A DNA stretch of 59,587 nt, the filler included, from Sluysia triapertura (taxonomy: Eukaryota), in NCBI GenBank assembly GCA_046118255.1. It is 4 parts of 4 records of this genome, joined end to end, with 100 filler letters (N's around TTAATTAATTAA, not from the genome) between each part and the next. Parts side by side here need not be neighbours in the genome. Positions count along the whole stretch, not along the records: positions 18,608 to 31,973 come from JBJNIA010044238.1; positions 32,074 to 44,227 come from JBJNIA010134177.1; 2 more parts are not named here. The stretch is one strand, 5' to 3'. The notes beneath the pieces were generated by a model. That model worked only from the letters and a program-made list of their open reading frames with translations. It did not search any database and was not told the DNA's origin. Both the position numbers and the translations under genes were made by a program. Each line of letters starts with the position of its first letter. Position 1 is the stretch's first letter. Positions 28,617 to 40,740 of the stretch are shown here, piece after piece.

Positions 28617-29163
28617 GTTTTACTCAATTTTATGGTTCATTTGTGATTGTTTTTTAGTCATAAACTAATTTATTAATTCGTATAATCAAATATTTTCTTG
28701 TTAGAACGAAAATTGTTGTTACGAGATTATGTGCAGTTGATGTATTGAATAATATTCTGAATGCAAACATCCTGAAGATAAAAATTAACTCAAATGGTTT
28801 ATTTACCTTTCATTTTAAAAAATAAGTACTAAATAGATAAACTGTTGTGATTTTTTTAAATTTTTATTTCAAATTTCATTTTGACGCCATCAGATAACGC
28901 ACTTGCAGAATTCAAAATGAAATCTTTGAATTAAAAAAAATGAGCATCATTTCCATTATATATGGTGTCAATTTTTAATTAATAAAAAAGTAAATAATCA
29001 ATTAACGTCTACTTCTAATTTATTAAAATCTAAATGAATTTTTTATAAGTATCCTAATCTTCTTGAAAGCTTAAAGAATTTACTATTAAATCTACTATTA
29101 ATTTCATTATGTTTTTTATTACCATTATTTATTAAATGAAAAATAAATTAATTAATAAATTAC

Positions 29164-29910
29164 TTCTGCAACAAAGCAACGCAATGATTCATTTTGTGCT
29201 GCAATCATTTCAGCAATATAAAATTCTCCATAAATTTTTCTTAAAACCTCTGTTTGAGCATCAAAAAGAGGTGCTAAATCGTCGTTGTCTTCTTGTCTAC
29301 GTAAATTAAAAATATTTAAAAAAAACTATTACTTTGCCGATCTGATATATAATCTAGGTACATATTTTTCTCTTTTAAGAACAAATATATCAGTCATTAT
29401 AGGCGAATTTGGAACAGGAGCAAAATGATTTTCAAATATGTCTACTCTGATTAATTTTAAACAATAAAACAAATTACGTGGTGAAACTCCTTTATTAACA
29501 TTGAGAAATATAAAATGTAAATCCGGTGCTGTTAAAAAAACGGTATTAACTATTTCAATTAACACGGGAACATATTTATTGCTCTTAGCAATAAAATAAT
29601 GCATAAATAAAGAATTATTTGGATTTGCTAGTTGGAAACCTCTCAAATTAAATTTAACATTCCAGTCTTCACTGAAGTCGAGATTGTAAACATTGGGATA
29701 ATCGTAAAATGATGCAAATCCAATGATATCATTGTTATTGTCTACTATAGTAACTGATATTAAAGCTTTTTCACTAATATTATATATTAAAAAACAATTT
29801 ACATACATTACACCAATTAAATTTGGTTTACCAAAAATTTCTTTGATTTCTTTAGTTACTAATTTTTCTAATTCAGAAGCATCAACTGCTTCGGTTCTAC
29901 GAGCAAACAT
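29164..29910 (-). CDS. CFAP61: Cilia- and flagella-associated protein 61, first four exons (29910-29807, 29773-29478, ~29444/29441-29333, 29296-29164)
   Basis: ARRTE, EKAxxxVT, FYDYPN, NSLFMHYF, PDLHFIFL and EDNDDLAPLF...YGEFYIAEMI motifs follow the CFAP61 N-terminus; three GT-AG micro-introns; donor at 29163 with no next exon identified. Confidence 0.9.
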
Positions 29911-30143
29911 TTTTTAAATCTAACTCAATAGTTACTATAGTTTCAAATGTAATAAAAGAAATTATAAAAGTATTTTATAATTTGAAATTTTTAAAATTTA
30001 TTTTATAATTTACTTTTTGAAATATTTTTATAATTTTTGTAGATTATATAAAAATCATAATATATTTAAAATATGATAATATTTTTTAGTTTTTTGTTTA
30101 AATATTTCTAAAAACCTGTCAAGGTTAAGGTAATAAAATTTGT

Positions 30144-30479
30144 ATGGATGATCTAGACTTCGAATATGAAATGGAATTAGATTTTTGTATAAATATGATA
30201 TTGTCAACAATTAATGATTTGTCCGCCAAAAAACCAAAATCTAAAGAAGCTAAAAGTATTTTGAAAAATATTCAGGAATTCGAGAAAGCAATTAAAATCT
30301 TAACTAGCGCAAATTCTCCAAAAGTTAAAAAACGTGCTATTATGAATAAATATTGTCCAAAATATAAAGAAGAATTTAAAAGTTTATTAAGTAAGTTACG
30401 TGGTAATAAAGTGGTTATTAATGCTTCACCTCTTCCGGAAAATAGTAAATTAATTCAACATAATACTTCAGCAAGCTAA
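30144..30479 (+). CDS. C8orf33: UPF0488/C8orf33-like (DUF4615) small basic protein
   Basis: Intronless 111-aa ORF; ELDFCI...KKP...AIKILTS..SPKVKKRAIM...Y matches the family pattern ELxWC...AIxTLxS..xPxxxKRQxM...DY. Confidence 0.72.
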   Translation: MDDLDFEYEMELDFCINMILSTINDLSAKKPKSKEAKSILKNIQEFEKAIKILTSANSPKVKKRAIMNKYCPKYKEEFKSLLSKLRGNKVVINASPLPENSKLIQHNTSAS

Positions 30480-30859
30480 TATATTATACAATTGTTTTAC
30501 TTATTAATTTCAAAAATTTATGTTTAATCGTTACTAAAATTATGAATGTATTTCTATAATTGTTGGAAATTATTTAAATTACAGTATAATTTACAAATGG
30601 ATAAGTTATAATTTTTTAATTTATTAATAAACTTTATTGAATTACGTTAAATGAAAATAGTCTAGACAATCAAGATTATTTACTTGGGTCCTTTTCTGAA
30701 ATAAATATTAAATTATTCGTTTGAAGTTTGTAATTTCGAAACTTCAACCAGTACAAGAATAACTTGAAATGTTTATGAATAATTAAAAGTTTTTGCATTT
30801 ATATAAATACAAGTTTAGTCTGCGAAATCACAACATAACATAACGAAATTAGTATTCAC

Positions 30860-31120
30860 TATGGGGATTTACGTGGAAAACCATCACTTGTTCTAATATT
30901 CATCTATTTTTCAATAGTAACCGATAAACCAAAATGTGATTATCGAAAAAAAATAAAAATCATGATTGTGTGTAAAGCAATTATCGTGTTCTAAATAGTC
31001 TTGCCATTGATGTAACTTTTTAAGCTATAAATTATTCCCAGCCAGTAATTCATTCTACATTCACGATCATTTGTAAAAATCAATCCATCCATCGAAACAA
31101 GTAATTATCCGAAGAATCAA
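30860..31120 (-). mobile_element. Possible hAT transposase remnant
   Basis: Fragments ITCFDGWID and HDNCFTH resemble the hAT DGWTD and CxxH motifs, but spacing is short and frames are broken. Confidence 0.33.
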
Positions 31121-31689
31121 GTACTTCGCTATAATCTAGATTGGAAATTCACTCATATTAATAATGATAATATTTATAATTCAATTGAAACGTATTTTTG
31201 AATTTAATCGATAATAATAATTATACTTAAAACTTAAATAATTATGCACTGAGGAAAACAAAAAGTATAATAGTTATATTGTTTTTATATTTTTATTTTT
31301 AAATTATTAAATTAAAAATCAATAACTAAATGAATTCAGAAATCTCGATATGTTCGCCAATAAATCGCAATTATACAATGAAAATTCTTTATAATAAAAG
31401 TACAAATTATTCTTTAACAATAAATCGTCTTCAAAAGTATAAATCTTTTAATATCAACTAACCATTGTTTCTTTATTCCTAAAATGTTTATTTTAGCTGG
31501 TTGCTAAAGCATAAGCTCCAATTTCACCGTTATCCACAGAAGAATTGAAGCAGCATCCATACGGCTAGAAAGGTTTTGTTTTCTTTTGTTCTAAAGCTCT
31601 GACTGCTTTATTTTTAATAATTTTTGCAAAAATACGACTGAATATAAAACAATTTTATGATGATTTGGGAAACTGAACAAGACCAAAAT

Positions 31690-31870
31690 TAAAGCTGTCT
31701 ATTCTTTTTTAGTCGGTAACAAGCCAACCTATTTTACTGATTACACTTCGACGGCAATTTTCCTCTGTGCAATATCATTATCTTTTTAATAATCTAAATA
31801 AAATGGGATTTGTGGTAAATAATCCCCTTATTTTTTCAATATCATTAAATTAAAATTCAATATCATTACT
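31690..31870 (-). repeat. Diverged coding-like repeat, second copy at ~49352-49532
   Basis: ~180 bp co-linear similarity; translations DIEKIRGLFTTN versus DIKKIKGSFPTN. Confidence 0.65.
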
Positions 31871-33199
31871 ATATTATTATATTTGTGTCTTTAATACTTT
31901 TTATTTTACAAATTATTAATCAAAACCCAATAACTAAACAAATTCAGAATCTCGATATATTCTTTGAATTATCNNNNNNNNNNNNNNNNNNNNNNNNNNN
32001 NNNNNNNNNNNNNNNNNTTAATTAATTAANNNNNNNNNNNNNNNNNNNNNNNNNNNNNNNNNNNNNNNNNNNNAATAATAGCTAATATTAAATTATAAAT
32101 TTTGAATATAAATATTATTTCTTTAGCAAACAATTAAACCTTAATATGTTTATAATTTTTTGATAATTGTAATATTCTAATAAAAATATAAAGATAATTA
32201 TTTAAGATACAATTCATTACTTAAAAGTATAACTCTTTACTTCTTTAAGATTGGCATAATTCTTAACTTATTGAATTATTCGAAATTTTGTATTAAGTTT
32301 ATTGTAAGTTATTGCTATTCTTGTCAAAAATGTGAGAATTAATTTGAGAATAATATGAGAATCAATTGATAAAGATAAGATAATTGATAATTGTCACAGT
32401 CAGAAATGCAAAAATATAATTAATATTGAATCATTCAATCAGATTTGATAGTTATATTTATGTTCCTAAATCGACAATAAGTTACCGTACCACAATGATC
32501 AATTATTAGAAAGAAAACAAATTTAAAAATAATGTGAAATGTGCCTTTTTACAGTAATAATTTTCTCTTTGTATTTGTTTGTATTTTGTTTAATAACATC
32601 CATTTAGTCTTCAATATGTTTACCAATATCAATCATGCGTACATTTCGGAAAGATGCAATTTAAAATAAATACATATAAGATATTTATAAATATTTGATT
32701 ATTTTATATGCTTTATCGATTACATATTTGTCTTAATCGATATCGTATAATTGATTTTATTCCTATTGTAACGCTTAATATTGATAGCCATTTAAGTTTG
32801 TGTACATTTAGAATTTGTTTATTTTTATAATATGAATTCAGAATATATTAGTAACAAAACAAATGATGGTCAAGACATTCATTAATCATTAGATGAATCT
32901 AAATTAATTTCATAGATGTAAAAATTAAAATATGGGAAGTCTAGAATTAAGTTTTATTCGATTTCTTTAATGCACATCATTTTAATATCCAGCAATAAGT
33001 AATTAAAAATAATTACTCAGCAGCTTTCAGAATGCATATTTTTGAAATATAAAGAACATTGTAAAATTGGAGTGATTAGAGTGGATCTCTGAAATATAAG
33101 CGATATATAATAATTATTATTATGATATTCTCTTTAATTGATATTTACACTTTTTGAATTCATAAAAACCGTAATTCTATGCTTTTGGTTTGAATCTAG

Positions 33200-34320
33200 C
33201 ATCTTATAATTTCCAACTAATTTTGATTCATTTATTTTAACATTTTGATTGTTTTTCATTTAAAGTAAAATGCACATTCTCGATGCATTATATCAATTCT
33301 TTTGTTCTTTTAATAATATTTTCAGTTATTGAGTCAAAATCCAGTATGTATCTGCTCATATATAATAATTTAGAATAGCAATCTAAACGACCGTTTATGT
33401 TGGCTGCAGCAAAAACTGACCTTTTCTTGTCATACACATTCAAAGTAGACGAAAATACCTTTACAAATGCTTTTCCGAAAACGCCAAAACGTTTCTACTT
33501 CTGTAATAATAATGAACAAATAACTGTAACCAATTTCTCTTGTTAAATCAGCCGTAATAGATGGTTAACTTCTAATAGGTAATTAAGGTTATCAACATTA
33601 TTACTATGCTTCTAAGTACTGTAGATATAAGCAACTTTATTAATTGAATTATTTTAATTATATAAATTCATTACTATTTATTCCGTTGCAAAACTCTTCA
33701 TCGTTCATTTAAAGTGTAAAATGTTTCACTATCTGATTTAGTGCAATTAATTCCACATATACTGTTTTATATACAACAAAAGCACTCATCTTCATTTGTC
33801 TCTTTAAATTGAACTGCTTTTAAATAATTTCCATGATTTCACATTGAAAATGTTATATTGAAAATCTTGTACCGCTATATTGCCAAAACATTCGTTTACT
33901 TTTTCCATATTTATGAGACTTTATTAATTTTTTTGAATTTCCATCAAAATCATGCGCTACTATTCCATCACATTGTTTTCCGATCATTCTAAATTGTGAA
34001 CTGCATTAATTGCAGTCACTATTATACAATATTCAATACATCCATCTTAATGATTGCATTTCATACGTTTTGCGTGCATAAACTATTATTATAATACCAT
34101 TATTGTTTATTAAGTTAAGTTCACAATATGTATTGACATTTCATCGTATATACTTACTGTTTGTGAAATATTCCAATTGATATTTAGTTTTTTATGACTA
34201 CATGGAACATTTTTACCGGAATAATTACAAATAAGTTGGTATAGTTGAATAATTGCAGATCATTGGGTTTGATACGCCTTGAACAGTGTTATTGAATGTG
34301 TAACATATGGGGGAATCAAT
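33200..34320 (-). mobile_element. Decayed Polinton/Maverick protein-primed DNA polymerase B relic
   Basis: Ordered fragments *FPHML, QSLRWMY, CDG..HDFDG, EVETFWRF and ILDFDSITENIIKR match the remembered pPolB order KGxFPH / SxxAxxWL / VDG..YEFxG / EVWHF / LDxxxIxxNPGxR. Confidence 0.52.
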
Positions 34321-34420
34321 CTCTGAAACTGCAACCTTAAAGATGAGAGTTATTCGTGGTTTTAAACTTTAGTTGAACCACGTGTTGAAAATTACTTATA
34401 AAGTGATATTAATATTGACC

Positions 34421-34592
34421 TGTAGCAAAACAATAAAAATAATGTCAATATGACAAATACGATGATAATATTATTTATTTTGTTTATGATTTTAGTAACT
34501 GTGCTCGAAAGTGCATAGCTTGTGCAAGAGAATTTGTTGGTGTATGCGTATGTTTTATAAATTTTTTATTTGAGATACTGGTGACTCACCAA
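34421..34592 (-). mobile_element. Short R1-related LTR-like copy
   Basis: tgtagca left end, actcaccaaa right end, A-rich then GT-rich body. Confidence 0.4.
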
Positions 34593-35159
34593 ATACTGGT
34601 GTAGATGGCAACTCATAAAGCAATCAAGATCAACCAATGAAAATAAGCATTCATGATTTTATGGCAGTTTACAAATGAAACTCTTAATTTCTTCACAATT
34701 GATGTTTCTTCGACGACAATTTAAAACTATTTGGAAAATTATGATGAATATTAAAACAAAAGAATATATACTTATGCAATGATCTTAAAGGCACATGTTA
34801 AATATTTTTCGTGGTTTTATGCGTAATTTTAATTTTTCTATAAATTTATTCATTATTTCTATTTTTAATGCTTTTCTATTTAATGAATTATTAGCCAGTT
34901 AAAGCTTGGCAAACAAGTTTGCTTAAAATTTAATGGGAAAATAAATTTAATAAATAAAAACATGTAGTGAAGCAAATATGAATTAAACACAAACAATACC
35001 AAAATAAAAAAGGAGTTCTTAAAATGTTTGTTATCTTCATTATCAATATTATGTGCAAAGAATCGTTACTTTTATATCAAATTTCTTGGTTAATAAACTT
35101 AATCGATATAATGGACTAATATCTGAAGTTATTATTTTAATTAATCTGACATCAGTTAA

Positions 35160-35977
35160 TAATATTAGATCTCGTATTAGTTCCACCAATCTTTTCGCTC
35201 AAACTTTAAAATCATCGTTTACTTGTACACTTTTAAAATACAAAATTTCAAACAGAATTTTGTTTCAAGCAACACTTAATCACTGAATAAGCACTAGCTG
35301 TTAAAATTGAATTTAAAACCAGTCTCAAAATTTTTATTGCTTTAAACGTTTAGACGTTTAGATTACGAAATTATACTTTCAGTACTGATATGGTTATTAA
35401 AACTCAAATTTGAAAATTCAAAATAAAACTTTACCAAAATTTAATAAAAAGCTATTATCTAAATTATTATACAATATTTTAAATTAATTAAGTCATTAAG
35501 TCACATAATGCTACTGAAGCGTTATCATTGTAAATATTGACTTGAAATTTGTGCAATTCCATAATGTTTCACTAATATTATGTGAACATATAAGAGTTAT
35601 TCGATTATAAGTCAAATTCAATTCTGTTTTATTATAATTAGGATGTAGCAATAATAAAAATGGAATAATACCGATGTCACCCAGACAATTACCAGTTTAA
35701 TTATATTTTATTATTCTTTTATTATGAATTAAACTTTCTGATAAAGTTCTAATGTCGATTTCGCGAAGTCCATAATGAGAGAATAAAATAAATGTAATGG
35801 ATATTTATTTCTGTAACATTTTTGACCATTATCGTCATTATCTGGTAATTTGATTTTATCATTAAGTAATTGGATTAAAAATTCAGTAATGTCAATATAT
35901 GCTTCCGTGTATGATTCGACACTTGGCGAATTGACAGTATTATTAGATGACATCGAAATAGGTGTTAAGCTGCTCAT
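35160..35977 (-). pseudogene. LRRC74: LRRC74-like RI-type leucine-rich-repeat gene, frameshifted with internal deletions
   Basis: 82-aa ORF, then GNCLGDIG...ELNLTYNRIT with exact 28-aa spacing, NASVALCDLM, IKILRLVLNSI and EILYFKSVQVNDDF in different frames with stops. Confidence 0.65.
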
Positions 35978-36035
35978 TGATTTTTTAATAATTAATTAAT
36001 TTTTATTTTTTTAATAGCTTTTTAAAGATAATAAC

Positions 36036-36182
36036 TGTTAGACTTCATAAAAGTGACCGAACCCAGGCCCTCTCGCTGTGCAGTTCGATCCTCTGCACAC
36101 TTAACTATCAGCCCTGTCTAACAATTTTATTTTATTATAGTCAATATCACTACCATAATTCTAAACGCCTTTTAACCTAACA
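36036..36182 (-). mobile_element. tRNA-bearing mini-element, copy 1 (internally deleted tRNA-Cys-like unit)
   Basis: tgttagac...cctaaca ends, perfect 4-bp TSD taac/taac, CT-GCA-CA anticodon-like loop on the minus strand. Confidence 0.75.
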
Positions 36183-36573
36183 TAACAATAATAACAATAA
36201 ATATAAAAAGAGTATGAATTTTTCAAAGATAATAATGTTAAATTAAAGAGGATGACAATAGCAAGAATCAAGCAGATCAATGCATAAATACGAAAATAAA
36301 AACAAAAGATTAGTAAGTTTAAAGAATAGCAGCAATGTAACAATAATTTTAATAAAACGTTCAATAAGTATTACAAATTTTGATTATAATTTGTGTGACT
36401 TTAAAATATATAGTATTATGAAAATTGTGTTTGTTTTATACATGTTGTTTGTTGATTTAATGCTTTGTGTTAGATTATGCCAAAGTTTGGTCAATATTTT
36501 ATTTATCAGAAATGTGTTGGATTGTGTTGATGTTTGCCTATGATTGGAATGTTTTAATTTTGAGCTCACCACA
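36183..36573 (-). mobile_element. Solo-LTR-like repeat family R1, diverged copy
   Basis: A-rich then GT-rich body ending gagctcaccaca; left end uncertain. Confidence 0.5.
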
Positions 36574-36991
36574 TAAAACAAAACCGTTTATCAGAAATTT
36601 CATTGTGAATAATTAGTAATCAAAACTAATTTATTTATGAATTAATATTAGCAATAAAATATCTACATAAATTTTCAAAATATTATTGGCAAAATATAAT
36701 ATATATTTAGTGCAACATAATTTATTTCATCCATCACGAATAATTCGCTCACTATAAATAGTAAATAAAGTTGTTTTATTTTGTACGCAAACATTAAAAT
36801 GTACTTAAGTAAAGAATTATTTTTCACTCGTAATTGTTTCCATTAGAATTGTTGTCAACATGTAAACTTTAATGAAAATCATCTTTATTTTTTTGTAATT
36901 AAATAAATAACAGAATTAATATCTAAAGTAGAGATTTAAGAAAATATGAATCATAAAATATAAATTAAAAATTTATTTTCATTTTAAAATA

Positions 36992-37096
36992 CACCTATCC
37001 CCCGATTTACACGGTACTCGTTTTACACGGTTTTCCAAATAATTTTTTTACGTTTTTCTCAGGAACGTATCTACCGTGTAAATCGAGAGATAGGTG
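36992..37096. mobile_element. Tc1/mariner-pogo-type MITE
   Basis: 25-bp TIR cacctatcccccgatttacacggta (2 mismatches), TA on both sides. Confidence 0.88.
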
Positions 37097-37579
37097 TATT
37101 TTCTTTTTAATTTATTAATAAACATTAATTTTAAATAAAATTAAAAAATTATTTCAAAGCTTTACATTTTTTATTTTTAATTCGTAATTTATTTATTAAT
37201 ATAAATTAATATTTTAATTAAAATTGTTTATAAATTTGATTTAAAATTTTTTAATTAATATTGACAAAATAAAAATTATTATTTTGAAAAGAATTATTTC
37301 TAAATTAAATTTTATTTTTTTAAATATGACATACTAAATGAATATCGCATAAATAATTAAACCAGCAACTATCAAAATCTGTAATTTATAGTTTTTAAAA
37401 TAAATTAAAAACAAATATTAAATTAAATTTCATATTTAAATAATTTGAATTTGTATTAAATTTTTTTGGAATATGAGTATATGTATTAATAGTATTTTAT
37501 ATTTAAAATTATGAAAATCTAAACGACCATGTTACAGTGAATTAAGAATATAATTTTAATGTTTAATATAAGACTAAAC

Positions 37580-37635
<56 letters not shown>
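37580..37635. repeat. (AAT)n microsatellite (others at 28113-28152, 44050-44104, 44328-44394 and 50052-50097)
   Basis: Direct inspection. Confidence 0.95.
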
Positions 37636-37640
<5 letters not shown>

Positions 37641-39440
37641 ATTAGGTTTTAAATAATTTAAATAAAAATTAAATTATATTAAAAACCCTTAATTATTTCA
37701 GATTATATAACACATTTTTAATATTATTAATTTTTAATTTATCAATAATTAAATATTTTAGGTAAATTGTAAATTGATACAAATCAAAAAATTATTTGGT
37801 TTAACTGCATTTATATTATATTCAAATATAAAAATATTTTTATTTTTATTTTTATTTTTATTCATCTTATTACTATCATATATATTTAAAATGAAAATAT
37901 GTAATATTGATTTTTGAATTGTGCAAAGTACGGCTGATATCCTAATGAAAGATAAATATTATTTTATTTATTTTAGAAATTTTATCTAAAATTCATAAAA
38001 AAACATTTAAATTGTTATTAAATAAACAAAAAAAATATAGAACAAACATAAATATAGAATAATTTCTTAATAAAAATGGAAAAAGTAAATTTCACCAAAG
38101 CAAGTCAAAGTTTATAGAGATTAAAAAATTTAATTAATGCTTGATCTCTGCATATCTCAACAAATTATTTTCAACTTTGTATATAATACTTATTTTTTAA
38201 AAGGTGTTTTAATTTTTTTATTTAAATTTTTATTATTTATTATTTAAGTCTTTGTATTATTTAATTTTTATAATTAAAAAAATGGTAATAATTATATATT
38301 ATTATAAGAATTATCATGATTATTAGAATTAGAATTATACTAATTATAAAAACGTGAATGGAAAATATTTTATAAATTTTAATTTAATTGTTTAATAATT
38401 AATTCAGTAATTGTCCAACAAATAATAGAATTTTAAATAATGCTTCAATATTTGACTGAATTTATTACGTTTATAAAATTAATAAAAGCAATACTTAAGT
38501 TAAGAAATTACATTTTGATATGTATTTTAAATATTAAATATACTTAATATTCTTTTAATGAAATTTAAATCTTTTTATTTATTAAAAATTATAAATGAAA
38601 AAAATAATTAAAATATATTTTTAAAATAAATATTAAAGTTAAATTGTAAAATAACCTTTAAAAAGTTATTTAATGTAATTCTCAAAATCTGATAATAATT
38701 AAATATTTTTGAAGAAATATATTTATCTTTAAATACTATTTTTAAATGCAAAGTAATAAAAATAATCAGTGTTTGTGTTGAATTGTATTATATTAGTTGT
38801 AAAAGTAATACGAAATATTATTTACGCTATGGTTATTTTTCATTTATTCAAGAAATTAGATTAAATATTAAATTAAATTTACTATTGAATTATTCTTGTT
38901 GAATATTTATAATTGTAAACTTAGAATTACTAATTAAATTACCTGAAAAATACGAGGAAATTATTAATAAGTAATTATAAATTAATTTATGTATTTTAAA
39001 AATTTCAACAAAATTATAAAATCAAGTCAGTATAAAAGCTATAATTTTTAATAAAAAGTTTTTAAATGTATATTTGAACATTCATTGATAGTAAATTGAA
39101 ATGTCCGCGCTGATAAGAATGGTTTATTGGATTAGAATGAGTATTAATTTGTATTTGATTTAATTAAATCGATATGCATTTTAAAGAGTATTACATATTT
39201 GGTACACCAGACGATTTTATTGAAATTGATTTTGTTTCATCAACGTGAATGACACATTGTATAAGAATTTGGTGCAACAGAAAATGCGCCTTATATTTAT
39301 ATACACAATTTTACTATATATACATATACAGAAAATACTTATTAGACTAGACAAAGAATCTAGTCATTTCTTTTTAAAATGTGTGAGGAGAAAGATTTAT
39401 GCATATATAAATAAATAGGTAAAAGGAATATTAATTACAG

Positions 39441-40740
39441 AGGTCACGTTTTCGATTATTATCGGACAATTGGAAAAGAAAATGTTGAACCTCGCTCACC
39501 GAAGAGTTACACTCATTTTGTATTTTTATTAATTTTAATTTATTTTTAGTTGCAGAATATTTAGCTATAATCATTTACAATTGATGCAGAAGATATGAAA
39601 TAGTGTCAAAAATAAACAAATAATTTTATTTCAAAATATATTGATGCTGAAAAAATTTTTATTTTATCATGGTTATGTGATATAAAATAAATGTACTAGT
39701 CCTGTAAAATCATTTTAAATTATCAGCGCATTTATGTTAATGTTATTTGTATTCATTGTACAAAAACATTTAACAAAAAATTTATAAACGTTTTAATTTT
39801 AATATTAATTAGTATGACTAAAGAAACCAAAATAATTATACATAATAATAATACAAAATTTCCTGATTATGCCAACAAGAGGAATTTAGGAGGATATAAA
39901 TATCGAAGTGCAAAAGTCACTATCGTCCCAGAGGTGTAAGAAATTATAAAAGTTATAAAAATACAAAGATAGGTAATCACAAAAGTTGTAAAAATAAATC
40001 AACTATTATTAAACGTATACTAATAGTTTAATTCAGCCTAATCTCTTACCACAATCAACAACTAAATTTCATTTCCTTATAATACTATACCTTTAATACT
40101 ACCATCATTAAAAAGTTAGATCCACAAGTAATACTTGAAAGTAGTGAGAACAATGTAGATATTGTTCAAAAGTTTCGGACGAAAATGTATTATTGAATAA
40201 ATTAGTGGTGTCGAATAGGAAAATATAACACGCATTACTAATATTCAAAGATGTTTTGAATCTACTCGTGGTTTAATTATAGATAAAATTTTTATAGTTT
40301 AGTTATAGAAAATTGTATGCGTCAATGGAAATTGGAGTACCATACCGTTCTGTCAATTACTTGAAGGTAAATGTATAAATATAAAAGTAATATTTTATTA
40401 ATTTTTATTTAATCATGCCTAGAATATCTCAGACACTTCTAAATTAATTTTGATAAAAGTATCACCACAATTTATTATTTGCGCAAATTTTTAATCTGCA
40501 TTACTACCAGACGAATAATATCAACAAAGACATGAACCATTATACGCATGTTTATTATTAGTAAGCCCAACAACGGAGTACTGTCTTATATTGGTGATAA
40601 ATTTATAGTAAGTTTTTTAAATAAGATTCAAAAACTTTTTCTTAATATATTATGACTTATTACCAAGATAAAAATATTTACATATTTTAAAATATTTAGG
40701 TGCACCATTTAATATTGTAGGAAAGTGTAATGTGCAATAA
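39441..40740 (+). pseudogene. Unidentified multi-exon gene relic
   Basis: Several AG/GT-bounded GC-richer blocks (GHVFDYYRTIGKE, FPDYANKRNLGGYKYR, YRKLYASMEIGVPYR, GVLSYIGDKF) with in-frame stops. Confidence 0.3.
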
